Position numbers and translations under genes: made by a program. A stretch of DNA of 64,000 bases from an uncultured Clostridia bacterium (GTDB lineage: Bacteria > Bacillota > Clostridia > TANB77 > CAG-508): the NCBI GenBank assembly GCA_944392175.1, contig CALXVT010000002.1, positions 27,436-91,435 on the forward strand, in the 5' to 3' direction. Positions 17,537 through 27,594 of the stretch are shown here, piece after piece. The notes under the pieces are model-generated. The model was not told the origin of the DNA and made no database searches. It saw only the letters and a program-made list of their open reading frames with translations. Each line of letters begins with the position of its first letter. Within the stretch, counting starts at the first letter, position 1.

Positions 17537-19864
17537 TTAATGTTTATCTATATTTTTATATTTTATAAACTTAAATGTACTTATTCCTACTATTACTACT
17601 GAAATAGCTATTATAATTGGTAAATGCATTCCACCTGTTTTTGGTAATGTAGTATTAGCTGTTGTCGGATCCTTTCCATCTAATTTATATGAATTATTTA
17701 TATCATTTAAATTTTCTTCCAATTTGTCTGGATCATTTATTTGATCCTTTATATCTGTAGGATCATCATTTGTATTTGGATTTTCTGGATCCGGATTTTC
17801 TGGATCTGGATTCTCTGGATCTGGATTCTCTGGATCCGGATTCTCTGGATCTGGATTCTCTGGATCTGGATTCTCTGGATCTGGATTCTCTGGATCTGGA
17901 TTCTCTGGATCCGGATTCTCTGGATCTGGATTCTCTGGATCTGGATTCTCTGAATTTCCAGTAGTTATTCTCCATAATTGACATCCAAAGAATGGATTCG
18001 CAGTTCCAACATATAAACCACTGTCTGTAGCAACTAATGAACGTCCACCATAATTATATTTATCATTAAATCCACTATCTGTAACAACATCAAAATTCAC
18101 ACCATCAGATGTTTTTAATAAGTCAAATCCCCATGTACTATTTTGTAATTTTTGACCTATAAAAGAATACATCTTTAATCCTGTCCAATCAACTCTATTA
18201 TATAATTCTACAAATTCATCCCCGGCCATTTCTAGCATAGAAGAATCTTTCATTTCTTCCATTTGAACTATTAAATCATAATTTTCTATAACAAAATCGA
18301 AAAATGCCTCATTATCATCTGCTACTGTTATATATTCTGCAAGCATTGTTTTCCCTTGTTCAAGTAGAGTTTTTATTTCTTCTATATCAGAATTTGATGA
18401 ACCAAATCCGTCTAGCATTGCAAGAATTTCATCAATTCTAGAATTCAATGAATTTATTTCTTCTTCTGTTAAATCTGTAAAGTTACTTCCTTTTAAATTT
18501 TTTATATAATTATATAAAACTGCTGAATCCATAGTAGTAATATATAATTCATCGTTATAAACTTCTGCTCTCCATACATATTCTATGCAATTATCCTGCA
18601 TATGTTCTGAAAAACCGGCCACTTCATTAAATCTTCCTGTACTATCATCATATACCCACATCATTTGTGGATGACTTAATGTAGTATACATTGTTTTTAA
18701 ATAATCACTTGCTTTTACATCTTGCCCTGCAAGTGAGCCAATAATTCCTGTTACAGCTGCAACTTCAGCAGAAATTGTATTATCAAAATTAATTAGATAT
18801 AATTTTCCATTAAAAGTAATTGGAGTCAGTGCCATTGTAATTAAACCTGCTTCGTCGCCAGTCCATCCTTCTGGTTTATCTGCCATACCTAAATTATTTA
18901 CTCCATTTTTATTACCAATAACTTCTTCCCAATACCATCCATATTCGTTTGCAGTTTCCCCCTGTGCTGCTGGATGCCCTCTAAATAGTACACTTCCAGC
19001 TGTATTAGGAATAGATGCATAAACATATCCATTATATGTACACATATCCCATATTGGACTTGTTACATTACTAAATACTGCTGAGTCTTTTGCATAATCG
19101 CCAAAATCTTTGTAATCTGCTATTCTCTCCCATTTTGTATCATCACTGGCATCTTTTTTTATAATTCCAAGTTTTTGGAAATCTTCATATCCAGTATCTA
19201 ATTCTTCTCTAGAATCTACACCACCAAATAATAATGCATTATCATATTCGCATGATGCACGCATACTTGTTCCGCTTTTTGAAGTAAATGCTATTGTTAT
19301 TTGATCATTTTCATCAACTTTATAAATATAATTATCTTTTGTAGTATCTGAACAATATGATGCAAAATATAAATCCCCGTCAAATTCTACTGCATTTCTA
19401 AAAGCAACACCATAATCAGCTGTGTATATTGATGTAACATCTCCAGTTTTAGTATTAATTTTGAAAATATCTCCACCATTTTGTGTTGTAGGTCTTGGTA
19501 TTTCGTTATTAGTCATAATATTAATTAATGACCATGCTTGATCTTCTGTGATTGTATCACTTGCAGATGTTAATGCCTTTACAAAAGTATCTGCTACACT
19601 ACCTACAATATTTTTATTTGTTCCTACATATAAATAATCTCCTCTAGATGTCATTGCCCATGCATAACTATTTTCACGATCTCCTCCTGGTAATATACCA
19701 TCTGCTTCACCAGAGCCAGCTGTCGGATTTGAAATTTTTTCTATTTTTAAATTTGTATTTGCCGTTGTACTTGTGTCTGCAGCATATACATATAGATTAG
19801 AAATAATAACGCTTAAAATAATTAATAAAATACATAATCGTTTAAAATATCTTTTCATGCCCAA
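17537..19864 (-). CDS. LPXTG-anchored surface protein with beta-propeller-like N-terminal region and (PENPD)n stalk
   Basis: Signal peptide MKRYFKRLCILLIILSVIISNLYVYA. Recurrent LYVGT/LYFAS/LLFGG/LYITT blade-like motifs. LPKTGG followed by a TM span and a KYKNIDKH tail. Confidence 0.85.
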   Translation of the reverse strand: MGMKRYFKRLCILLIILSVIISNLYVYAADTSTTANTNLKIEKISNPTAGSGEADGILPGGDRENSYAWAMTSRGDYLYVGTNKNIVGSVADTFVKALTSASDTITEDQAWSLINIMTNNEIPRPTTQNGGDIFKINTKTGDVTSIYTADYGVAFRNAVEFDGDLYFASYCSDTTKDNYIYKVDENDQITIAFTSKSGTSMRASCEYDNALLFGGVDSREELDTGYEDFQKLGIIKKDASDDTKWERIADYKDFGDYAKDSAVFSNVTSPIWDMCTYNGYVYASIPNTAGSVLFRGHPAAQGETANEYGWYWEEVIGNKNGVNNLGMADKPEGWTGDEAGLITMALTPITFNGKLYLINFDNTISAEVAAVTGIIGSLAGQDVKASDYLKTMYTTLSHPQMMWVYDDSTGRFNEVAGFSEHMQDNCIEYVWRAEVYNDELYITTMDSAVLYNYIKNLKGSNFTDLTEEEINSLNSRIDEILAMLDGFGSSNSDIEEIKTLLEQGKTMLAEYITVADDNEAFFDFVIENYDLIVQMEEMKDSSMLEMAGDEFVELYNRVDWTGLKMYSFIGQKLQNSTWGFDLLKTSDGVNFDVVTDSGFNDKYNYGGRSLVATDSGLYVGTANPFFGCQLWRITTGNSENPDPENPDPENPDPENPDPENPDPENPDPENPDPENPDPENPDPENPDPENPDPENPNTNDDPTDIKDQINDPDKLEENLNDINNSYKLDGKDPTTANTTLPKTGGMHLPIIIAISVVIVGISTFKFIKYKNIDKH
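17777..17956 (-). repeat. 15-bp tandem repeat, about 12 units (ggattctctggatcY), encoding PENPD repeats
   Basis: Units counted directly. They differ only at one or two positions (t/c at unit ends; tt/ct in the first two units). Confidence 0.9.
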
Positions 19865-19993
19865 TTCTCCCTTTTATATTATTTATTTTATGATATATTT
19901 TGAGGATATTTTCGTCAATATATAGTAAAAAAATGTCAAATAAATTTAATATTGTTACATTTATATTTCATTCTTTTTTCTTTTTCTTTACAA

Positions 19994-20036
19994 AAAACAA
20001 AGAACTGTTTGCTAAAAATAAACAGTTCTTTATTTT
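19994..20036 (-). terminator. bidirectional terminator after natB-like gene
   Basis: 11-bp stem aagaactgttt/aaacagttctt flanked by an A-run and a T-run. Confidence 0.7.
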
Positions 20037-20117
20037 AACAGTTTCACTTATGTTTCTCATGTTCAATAACAAAATTAACAATTCTATATTGCCAAATAAT
20101 GAAAAATAACTGTTTCC

Positions 20118-21284
20118 TTATTCCTTAGAGAACAATATCTTCTCTGATTTGTATTGTTTTATTATATAGGTTAATACAATAACTATATAAATTATTGTTG
20201 AAATTAACATTAATGCAATATTTAGCCAATCTACATTTCCAGCGCTTGCGTCTGTAAATACTACTGTATAGTTTATAAATGGTATTATAGAAAGTAATGG
20301 TGTTCCTGTTAATCCTATCATAAATGCAATCATTCCTGGGAAAAGTGATATAAATGTTAATGGTGTTAATGCACTTTGTGCTTCTTTAAATGTTTTTGAA
20401 CTACTTGCAATTGCAATACATAAACCACTTATAAAGAATGAATAAGCAATTATAATTATTACTGATAAAACTATACTTATTGGACTAAACATTATATTTA
20501 ATCCTTCATATATAGAAAATGCATTTTGCGCTATTGCGACAGAAATAATTGCTAAAATCAAACTTATTATTCCTGTAAGTATTGAAGCAATAGTTACTGC
20601 TAAGTATTTTCCAACTATAATGTCCTTACTCTTAATAGGAAAAGTAAGTAAGGTTTCTAATGTACCTCTTTCTCTTTCACCAGCTGTTGTATCTGTTGCT
20701 GGATAAGTTGCAGAAACTGTTATTGCCATTATAATAAATATAAATGCATAATTTTTAATATAACTAACAAACATATTATCTTCTTCTGTTATATTTTCCT
20801 CAACAGTTATAATATTTAACACTTCATTTGGATTTATATCACTTTCTTGTAGATAATGTCCTTGTAAATATTCTTTATATACATTAAAATAACTTTCCAT
20901 TAAGCTTCTAGCATATGTAGCCTCTTCTGAATCATTGCCATTTATTATGTATTTATTATTTTCTTTAGTTATATATAAATCTATTTCGTTATTTTCATTT
21001 TTATTTTTTAATTCTTCCTCTGTACCTTCTATTACTTGTATATTTAATTCTTCAGCAATACTTTTTTCTTCTTTTGAAAGGTTATATGCAAAACCGATTT
21101 GATTGTATTCATCTATATCTTTGTTTGCTTGTACATCAAACAGTGCAGACATTCCTAATACTATTAAAGGTACAAATATAGGTATTACAAGCATCATAGA
21201 TAATGATTTTTTATCTCTAAACATTTCTCGTAACTCTTTTTTTAGTATATTCCATAAATTATTCTTCATCAGAAACACCTCCAA
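20118..21284 (-). CDS. natB: ABC-2-type transporter permease (NatB-like)
   Basis: 388 aa. TM1, a large extracytoplasmic loop, then 5 C-terminal TM spans. Overlaps the upstream ATPase gene. Confidence 0.65.
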   Translation of the reverse strand: MEVFLMKNNLWNILKKELREMFRDKKSLSMMLVIPIFVPLIVLGMSALFDVQANKDIDEYNQIGFAYNLSKEEKSIAEELNIQVIEGTEEELKNKNENNEIDLYITKENNKYIINGNDSEEATYARSLMESYFNVYKEYLQGHYLQESDINPNEVLNIITVEENITEEDNMFVSYIKNYAFIFIIMAITVSATYPATDTTAGERERGTLETLLTFPIKSKDIIVGKYLAVTIASILTGIISLILAIISVAIAQNAFSIYEGLNIMFSPISIVLSVIIIIAYSFFISGLCIAIASSSKTFKEAQSALTPLTFISLFPGMIAFMIGLTGTPLLSIIPFINYTVVFTDASAGNVDWLNIALMLISTIIYIVIVLTYIIKQYKSEKILFSKE

Positions 21285-22017
21285 TCATAGCAAAAAAGGC
21301 ATCCCTTAAATTAGATGTTTTTGTATCTTCTTTTATTTGTTTTGGTGTTCCTTGTTTTATTACAATACCTTTATTTATCATTATTACTCTATCACATATA
21401 TTCTCTGCTTCTTCCATATAATGTGTTGAATATAAAATAGTTTTTCCTTTTGCTTTTTCTTGTTTCATAAAATCTAAAATTATTTGGCTAGATATTATAT
21501 CTAGTCCTGTTGTAGCTTCATCTAATATATAATATTTTGGATTATGTATTAAACATCTTGCAATATTTACTTTTTGTGTTTGACCTGTTGATAAATGTCC
21601 TATTTTATTGTATAAAAAGTTTTCCATTTTTAGTACTTTGCTAATTTCATTTATTCTTTTTTCTTCCTCTTCTTTATCTACTCCATAAATATTACTACAC
21701 ATTTTTAGTAATTCATATGCTGATAATGTATCATATAATTTTGTATTTCCAGATAAATATGCTATATTTTGTTTTATTTCTATTTCATTATTTTTATAAT
21801 TCAAATTATCAAAACTAATGCTTCCTTCTGTTGGTTCTAAAATTCCTGCAATCATTCGAAGCAATGTTGTTTTTCCAGCACCATTTGGGCCTAAAATTCC
21901 AATAATCTCTCCATCATTTGCTTCAAATGTTATTCCATTATCTGCATAAAATTCTTTTTTAGTTTTTTTGTTTTCATATCTTACAAATTTCTTTTTTAAA
22001 TTTTCAACCTTAATCAT
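21259..22017 (-). CDS. natA: ABC transporter ATP-binding protein (NatA-like)
   Basis: Walker A GPNGAGKTT, signature LSTGQTQKV, Walker B YYILDEATTGLD. Confidence 0.75.
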   Translation of the reverse strand: MIKVENLKKKFVRYENKKTKKEFYADNGITFEANDGEIIGILGPNGAGKTTLLRMIAGILEPTEGSISFDNLNYKNNEIEIKQNIAYLSGNTKLYDTLSAYELLKMCSNIYGVDKEEEEKRINEISKVLKMENFLYNKIGHLSTGQTQKVNIARCLIHNPKYYILDEATTGLDIISSQIILDFMKQEKAKGKTILYSTHYMEEAENICDRVIMINKGIVIKQGTPKQIKEDTKTSNLRDAFFAMIGGVSDEE

Positions 22018-22122
22018 ACACTTCCCCTTTATTTAATTTCTAAATCATATATCTTATTTTCTTTAGCATATTTTTCATCATTTAAATTATCATTATTTAT
22101 TTCAGATAATTTCATATATATA

Positions 22123-22641
22123 TTACTCCCTATTTCTATATTCTATATATCTTTTTATTAAGTCTTTATCCTTTAATTTTTCAGGTAATTTATTAACATC
22201 AAAAAACTTTAAATCTTTAGATTCTTTTTGCATAACAAAATTACCATTGTTTTTATCTGTAATTTCTGCATAATCACAATTTAATTCTCCTGTGTATTTT
22301 GATACAACATATAAAACTGTGTTATTATATACTTCATCTCCATTTGGATAAGTATCTTTTCTACTTTCTCCAGATATTACATCAATTAGTGTTAAATCTT
22401 CTTTTTTTACTTGTAATCCTGTTTCTTCATATAGTTCTCTAATTGCAACTTCTTCAAAAGTTTCTCCTAATTCTTGAAGTCCACCTGGCAAACACCAAAT
22501 ATCTCTATCTACTTTTTCTTCAAGTAAAATCTCTTTATTTTTGTTTTCTACAATTATTGCACTGCCACTTTGAAATATAGGCATATGTCTATATTCTGGC
22601 TTTAATGCATTTCTTAATTTTAAAATATAACTTAACTCCAC
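22123..22641 (-). CDS. NUDIX hydrolase
   Basis: Nudix box GGLQELGETFEEVAIRELYEETGL. Confidence 0.85.
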   Translation of the reverse strand: MELSYILKLRNALKPEYRHMPIFQSGSAIIVENKNKEILLEEKVDRDIWCLPGGLQELGETFEEVAIRELYEETGLQVKKEDLTLIDVISGESRKDTYPNGDEVYNNTVLYVVSKYTGELNCDYAEITDKNNGNFVMQKESKDLKFFDVNKLPEKLKDKDLIKRYIEYRNRE

Positions 22642-22644
22642 TTT

Positions 22645-23166
22645 TTACTCACCTTCCAACACAGATTTTATTTCATCTCTTTGTCTACATTCTATTGGTA
22701 TAAATATCGCTGATTTTTTATTTTGTTTTAATGCTGTAATTATTACATCATTGTCTTGTAATAATCTTTCGCTTGCATATTTTACAATTATTCCTTTATT
22801 TTTTACTGCTTCTAATACTACTTCTTTATCATCTCTAAGTTCTTTGCTTGCATAATATAATACTTGTCCATCTATTTTACATCCTTCTAATATAACATCT
22901 TTATCTGCTTTTAATCTATCACTTGCATAGCAAACAACCCATCCAACTTCTTTTGTTGCAGTAAGTACTACATCTTTATCATCTTTTAGTCTGTCACTTG
23001 CAAATTCTAGTACCTCACCATTTTTCTTTATCGCTTCTAGCATAACTTCTTTATCATCCCTAAGTTCATCACTTGCAAATTCTATTAATGTTGGTGTTTC
23101 TTCTATTGCTTTTAATACAAATTCTCTATCATTTGAATTTTCTATAACATCTTCTTTGCTAATCAT
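22645..23166 (-). CDS. DUF4116 repeat protein
   Basis: Four tandem repeats of the type FASDELRDDKEVMLEAIKKNGEVLE / YASKELRDDKEVVLEAVKNKG. Confidence 0.75.
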   Translation of the reverse strand: MISKEDVIENSNDREFVLKAIEETPTLIEFASDELRDDKEVMLEAIKKNGEVLEFASDRLKDDKDVVLTATKEVGWVVCYASDRLKADKDVILEGCKIDGQVLYYASKELRDDKEVVLEAVKNKGIIVKYASERLLQDNDVIITALKQNKKSAIFIPIECRQRDEIKSVLEGE

Positions 23167-23187
23167 CTTCTAGCCTCTTTTCTATTA

Positions 23188-23607
23188 TTAAAAATCTGCC
23201 TTTTTTAAATTTAAATTCCAATCAAAATAACCATGAATTCTATGTCCACTAAACATATCACCATCATCTAGTTCCATATATACTTCTTTTGAATTTACTA
23301 TTAAATATAATAATTTCATATTAGCTATAAATTCCTCTTTTGTTAAGATTTTATCACTTTCTTCGTCTTGCCAATATTTATTTTTTATTTCAACTAATTT
23401 TTCTGCTATTTTTTCATACATAGAACTCCTATTTTTATATGCATCTTCTATCTTTTCTAATAATTCTTCTTTAGATGATTTACAATTTTCTAAATCTAAA
23501 TTTATTATTATATTATCAAATTCAAATTCGACTAAATTTTCTGTATCCTTTTTTGATTCTCCAAAAATATTACTTTTCATAATCATATACTCCAATCTTT
23601 TTTTCAA
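23188..23607 (-). CDS. hypothetical protein (DUF2262-like pattern)
   Basis: 139 aa ending DDGDMFSGHRIHGYFDW. Overlaps the 3' end of the ATPase gene. The start is uncertain (Met at 23607, 23586 or 23580). Confidence 0.45.
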   Translation of the reverse strand: MKKRLEYMIMKSNIFGESKKDTENLVEFEFDNIIINLDLENCKSSKEELLEKIEDAYKNRSSMYEKIAEKLVEIKNKYWQDEESDKILTKEEFIANMKLLYLIVNSKEVYMELDDGDMFSGHRIHGYFDWNLNLKKADF

Positions 23608-25912
23608 TTAATTTAAATATTTTATTTGAAATAAAATTATATATTACTCCTACAAATATTGAAGTTACTCCTAAAATAGCTATAGGAATGCTATTACTTA
23701 CATCTAATCTTATAGAGAATAAATCTCTAAATACACTAATACCTAGTGTAAATATTAGTATTACACCTACAAACAATATCCCTCTATTTAGATTGAATTG
23801 TCTAGATATATTAAATAATAATATAAATCCTGTAATCGCTGTTACTACAACACATACACTTGAATAATTTATATAATCAATATTATATATACTGCTTATC
23901 AAGCCTATTATAAGTATGTTAGTAACTACCGTAAGTGCTGTTGGCAAAGCTCTTTTTATTACATTTATAATAAATTTTCCTTTTATTCTTTCTTTATTAG
24001 GCTCTAATGCTAAAATTACAGATGGAATACCAGTAACTACCAAATTAATTAGTGTTAATTGAATTGGTATAAATGGATATGGCATATTTATAAACACAAA
24101 TAATATTGCAAGTATAGTAGCATATATTGTTTTTACTAAAAATAAAGTTGCTGATCTTTGTATATTATTTATTGTTCTTCTTCCTTCTGCAACTATATCT
24201 GGCATTGATTTAAAATCAGAATCTAATAAAACCAATTGTGAAACATTTCTTGCTGCATCACTACCACTTGCTACAGATATACTACAATCTGCATTTTTTA
24301 ATGCTAATACATCATTTACTCCATCACCTGTCATTGCAACTGTATGTTTTTGTTTCTTTAAGGCTAATACTATTTGTTTCTTTTGTTCTGGTGTCACTCT
24401 TCCAAATATAGTATATTTTTTTACTGACTCTTCTATATCTTCATCTTTTATATTTCTTGCATCAATGTAATTTTCGTAATTTTTAACTCCTGCTTTTTTA
24501 GCAATTTTTGATACAGTTATTGGATTATCTCCTGATATTAACTTTATTTCTACTCCTTGCTTATCAAAATATTCTAATATTTCTTTTGAATTTTTTCTTA
24601 TTATATCAGATATTAGTGCAATTCCTACTATTTCCAAATCATTTGGTAATTTTTTATCTTCTATCTTACTTTTTGTTTTACCAATAGCTAAAACTCTGTA
24701 ATCTTCTATATATTTTTCTATTTCAGAAGTACTATTCATAAGAACTTCTGGAGCTCCTAGAATATAACTTTCACTTTCTGTAGTAATTCCAGACCATTTA
24801 TTATCTGATTTAAAAGGATATTTTTTTAATATTTTAATTTCTTCTATAGTTTCTGTAAATTTACTTTTTATAGCTTCCATAGTTGAATTATTGTCTTCTG
24901 AATATTTACTAATTATTTTTAATATATTTTCTAATTCATCTTTTTTATGATTATTAAGTGGAACTATTTTTTCTATTTGCATTTTTCCTTCTGTTATAGT
25001 TCCTGTTTTATCTAAGCATAATACATCTACTCTTGCTAATGTTTCTATACAATATAATTCTTGAACTAGTACCTTCTTTTTAGCAAGCCTTGTTACACTT
25101 ACTGCTAAAACTGTACTTGTAAGTAAAACTAGTCCTTCTGGTATCATTCCAATTAATGCTGCAACTGTACTTACTATTGCTGATTTTATGTTATTCCCTT
25201 CTAATCCTAGTTGATTTAAAAATAATAATATTCCTACTGGAAGTATTAAAACAGATATAGTTGCAATTATTTTATTAAGTGATTTCATTATTTCTGAATT
25301 TACTTTTCTTTTTTGCTTTGCTTCATGTGAAATTTTAGCAATATAATTATCTGCTCCTAAATGTTCTACTTTCGCTCTACATCTACCACTTACTATATAA
25401 CTTCCTGAAAGCAATTTGTCTCCAGCCTTTTTTATTATATTATCTGGTTCTCCAGTAAGAAGTGCTTCATTTACTTCTACTTCACCATTTAAAATAATAC
25501 TATCTGTTGGAATTTGATTTCCTGCATCTAATTCTATAACATCATCTAATACTAGTTCAAAATTACTAATCTCTTCTATCTTTCCTTCTCTTACAACTTT
25601 TGTTTTTGTTTGGGCTAAAAATGATAATTTATCTACGGTCTTTTTGGAATGTATTTCTTGGATAGTACTTATTAATGTATTTAAAATTATGATAATTATA
25701 AATAATAAATTTTTATATGCTCCTACTAAAAATACTAATAAAGCTAATATAAAATTTATTATATTAAATAGAGTAAATACATTTGAAACAATTATAGATT
25801 TTATGCTTTTAGTTTTTATTGTAGTGTCATAATTTATGGCTTTTTCTTCTTTTCTTTTATTTACTTGTTCATAACTTAGTCCATTACTATATTCAGGATT
25901 ATATCTTTCCAC
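23570..25912 (-). CDS. cation-translocating P-type ATPase
   Basis: 780 aa. Phosphorylation site DKTGTITEG, TGEP-type LLTGEPD, hinge TGDGVNDVLALK, about 10 TM spans. Confidence 0.9.
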   Translation of the reverse strand: MERYNPEYSNGLSYEQVNKRKEEKAINYDTTIKTKSIKSIIVSNVFTLFNIINFILALLVFLVGAYKNLLFIIIIILNTLISTIQEIHSKKTVDKLSFLAQTKTKVVREGKIEEISNFELVLDDVIELDAGNQIPTDSIILNGEVEVNEALLTGEPDNIIKKAGDKLLSGSYIVSGRCRAKVEHLGADNYIAKISHEAKQKRKVNSEIMKSLNKIIATISVLILPVGILLFLNQLGLEGNNIKSAIVSTVAALIGMIPEGLVLLTSTVLAVSVTRLAKKKVLVQELYCIETLARVDVLCLDKTGTITEGKMQIEKIVPLNNHKKDELENILKIISKYSEDNNSTMEAIKSKFTETIEEIKILKKYPFKSDNKWSGITTESESYILGAPEVLMNSTSEIEKYIEDYRVLAIGKTKSKIEDKKLPNDLEIVGIALISDIIRKNSKEILEYFDKQGVEIKLISGDNPITVSKIAKKAGVKNYENYIDARNIKDEDIEESVKKYTIFGRVTPEQKKQIVLALKKQKHTVAMTGDGVNDVLALKNADCSISVASGSDAARNVSQLVLLDSDFKSMPDIVAEGRRTINNIQRSATLFLVKTIYATILAILFVFINMPYPFIPIQLTLINLVVTGIPSVILALEPNKERIKGKFIINVIKRALPTALTVVTNILIIGLISSIYNIDYINYSSVCVVVTAITGFILLFNISRQFNLNRGILFVGVILIFTLGISVFRDLFSIRLDVSNSIPIAILGVTSIFVGVIYNFISNKIFKLIEKKIGVYDYEK

Positions 25913-26049
25913 TTTTTTTCACTCTTTCTTATATCTTTTTCCTAGCAGATTATATCATTCTATTATATATATATCAATTTAGATTTTCTTAATTTTATAT
26001 ATATGTTTTATATTTTTTCATGTTTGAAATTAATTTTCCTATACAATAA

Positions 26050-26089
26050 GAAAAACTCTGGACATTACGTGTTTTTGTAATATCCAGAG
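26050..26089 (-). terminator. terminator of the 147-aa island gene
   Basis: 13-bp stem ctctggacattac/gtaatatccagag (1 mismatch). A T-run follows on the minus strand. Confidence 0.65.
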
Positions 26090-26095
26090 CTTCTC

Positions 26096-26539
26096 TTAGC
26101 GTAGCTGAATTACAGCTGTTGCGTCTTCACCGATTACTTCGGCGTCGACGATCCACACATTTCCATATTTAAGAAATCCTTTCTTAAGGTTTCTTAAAAT
26201 GTTCAGATGAATACACCTTTCATCGGGCTTCCTTCCGTCTAAAATTTCCTCATCTATTTCATGAGCCGCGAATCCTCTTATATCAAGTGGTTTCCCCGGG
26301 ATTGGTTCTTTGTAAGACCAACCGATATACACTTTTTTATTAGACTTAGCTAAAGCTCTGTATGAAATATATATTGCTCCATCCCCCTCTTCTAAGACGC
26401 TTATTGCATCTTTTAGATGCTCTGTTCTTGAAGTGGAAATCATATGGAGCTCCCGATATTGATCTGGGTCAATGAATGTTACCAACATTTGTCCCCCCAG
26501 CGCTTCATCCGTATAACACAATTGTGCCTTTTCTTTCAT
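26096..26539 (-). CDS. orphan 147-aa protein in G+C-rich islet
   Basis: Strong RBS AAGGAGGT. Block 26101-26160 has 30 G+C of 60, against 8 of 60 in 25981-26040. Confidence 0.65.
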   Translation of the reverse strand: MKEKAQLCYTDEALGGQMLVTFIDPDQYRELHMISTSRTEHLKDAISVLEEGDGAIYISYRALAKSNKKVYIGWSYKEPIPGKPLDIRGFAAHEIDEEILDGRKPDERCIHLNILRNLKKGFLKYGNVWIVDAEVIGEDATAVIQLR

Positions 26540-26689
26540 ACTGATTACCTCCTTGGTGTTTTTTGTGTAGGACTATATTTTATCACATTTTCAAGCAATA
26601 GTAAACGATTATTTTGCATTATGTTTACTTTGTTGGCACTTTATGGTATAATTATAGTTGCCATTATATTGAAAAAAGGAGGAAAAATT

Positions 26690-27439
26690 ATGGCAAATAC
26701 TTATGAAAACACCTTGGAATTATCCGTTACAGAAAAAGAAGAAGAGCTTCTGCGTGCAACATGCAATTGCTTAAATGAAGCTCGGGATAATGAATGCATA
26801 ATTCATATATCTCATGATTATTTTCGTCTTTTTTTGAAGATGGAAAAACATGGCGCCCTACTGTTCACAATTTCATTCGGTTTGTCTGATTTTAGTGAAC
26901 AGCTTGCCGAAAAAATTACCCTATTTAATGCATTTGACAGAGAAAAATACGGATTTATTTTTTCATCTGATAAAAAGTGCATTAAAATCTGCGTACAGCC
27001 TATTACAAAAATGGATCTTATGCAGAAATCGGAAATTCCAGTCAACGAGAATCTGGAAGATTGCACAAAAAGTTTTATCTTTCCAATTCCCCTTGATGAG
27101 GATGTTCCAGCAATCACAGAAGATTTACTTAATCTCTTCGGCATGGTAAAAATCAAGCAGTGCCTAACTGTCACGCATAATGAATTACAGTTAGCTGCTG
27201 TCGGTGACAGGACAAATTTAAATATAAAACTTTTTGTTCGGCCGGATGTTAACAGCAATGACTTAACTACGTTCAATATGCTCAACTCATCAATAAATGG
27301 TCTTGTAAGAAATTACAAAATCGTTCAGCTTGATGATACTTTGCCAAAAGCACTGATGGTTTATATCGGCGCTACCAAGGGAATTGAGGAGTCCTTTAAC
27401 AAAAGGTTGGAGTTAATGCATCTCCTCACAAAAGAGTAG
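26690..27439 (+). CDS. orphan 249-aa protein in G+C-rich islet, possible internal two-domain duplication
   Basis: ATG 26690 follows AAAGGAGGAAAAATT. Candidate promoter TTTACT-17-TATAAT with a TG extension sits upstream. The track's longer form (26444) runs through the divergent promoter region and overlaps the opposite gene. Confidence 0.65.
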   Translation: MANTYENTLELSVTEKEEELLRATCNCLNEARDNECIIHISHDYFRLFLKMEKHGALLFTISFGLSDFSEQLAEKITLFNAFDREKYGFIFSSDKKCIKICVQPITKMDLMQKSEIPVNENLEDCTKSFIFPIPLDEDVPAITEDLLNLFGMVKIKQCLTVTHNELQLAAVGDRTNLNIKLFVRPDVNSNDLTTFNMLNSSINGLVRNYKIVQLDDTLPKALMVYIGATKGIEESFNKRLELMHLLTKE

Positions 27440-27478
27440 TAAATAAGCATTTTATATATGCTACTCTCCTCCAAAAAA

Positions 27479-27521
27479 CACCCTCAGACCACTTTACTGT
27501 GGTATGAGGGCGTTTTCTTTT
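27479..27521 (+). terminator. terminator of the 249-aa island gene
   Basis: Stem ccctcagaccac/gtggtatgaggg (1 mismatch), then cgTTTTcTTTT. Confidence 0.7.
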
Positions 27522-27594
27522 ATTATAAAATCTCCAATTTTTAAGTGTCCAAACGTACAACGTTACATATGTCCACATGCTTATCTAAAAAATC

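Noticed and set aside
17741-17984. Three ORF-track entries (70, 72 and 64 aa) made of WIL/RES/LDS repeats
   Set aside because: They are alternative-frame or antisense readings of the 15-bp PENPD repeat inside the well-supported LPXTG gene.
26444-26689. Long N-terminal extension of the 249-aa island gene (track start 26444)
   Set aside because: The extension overlaps the divergent gene's 5' end and the promoter region. A much better RBS and ATG lie at 26690.
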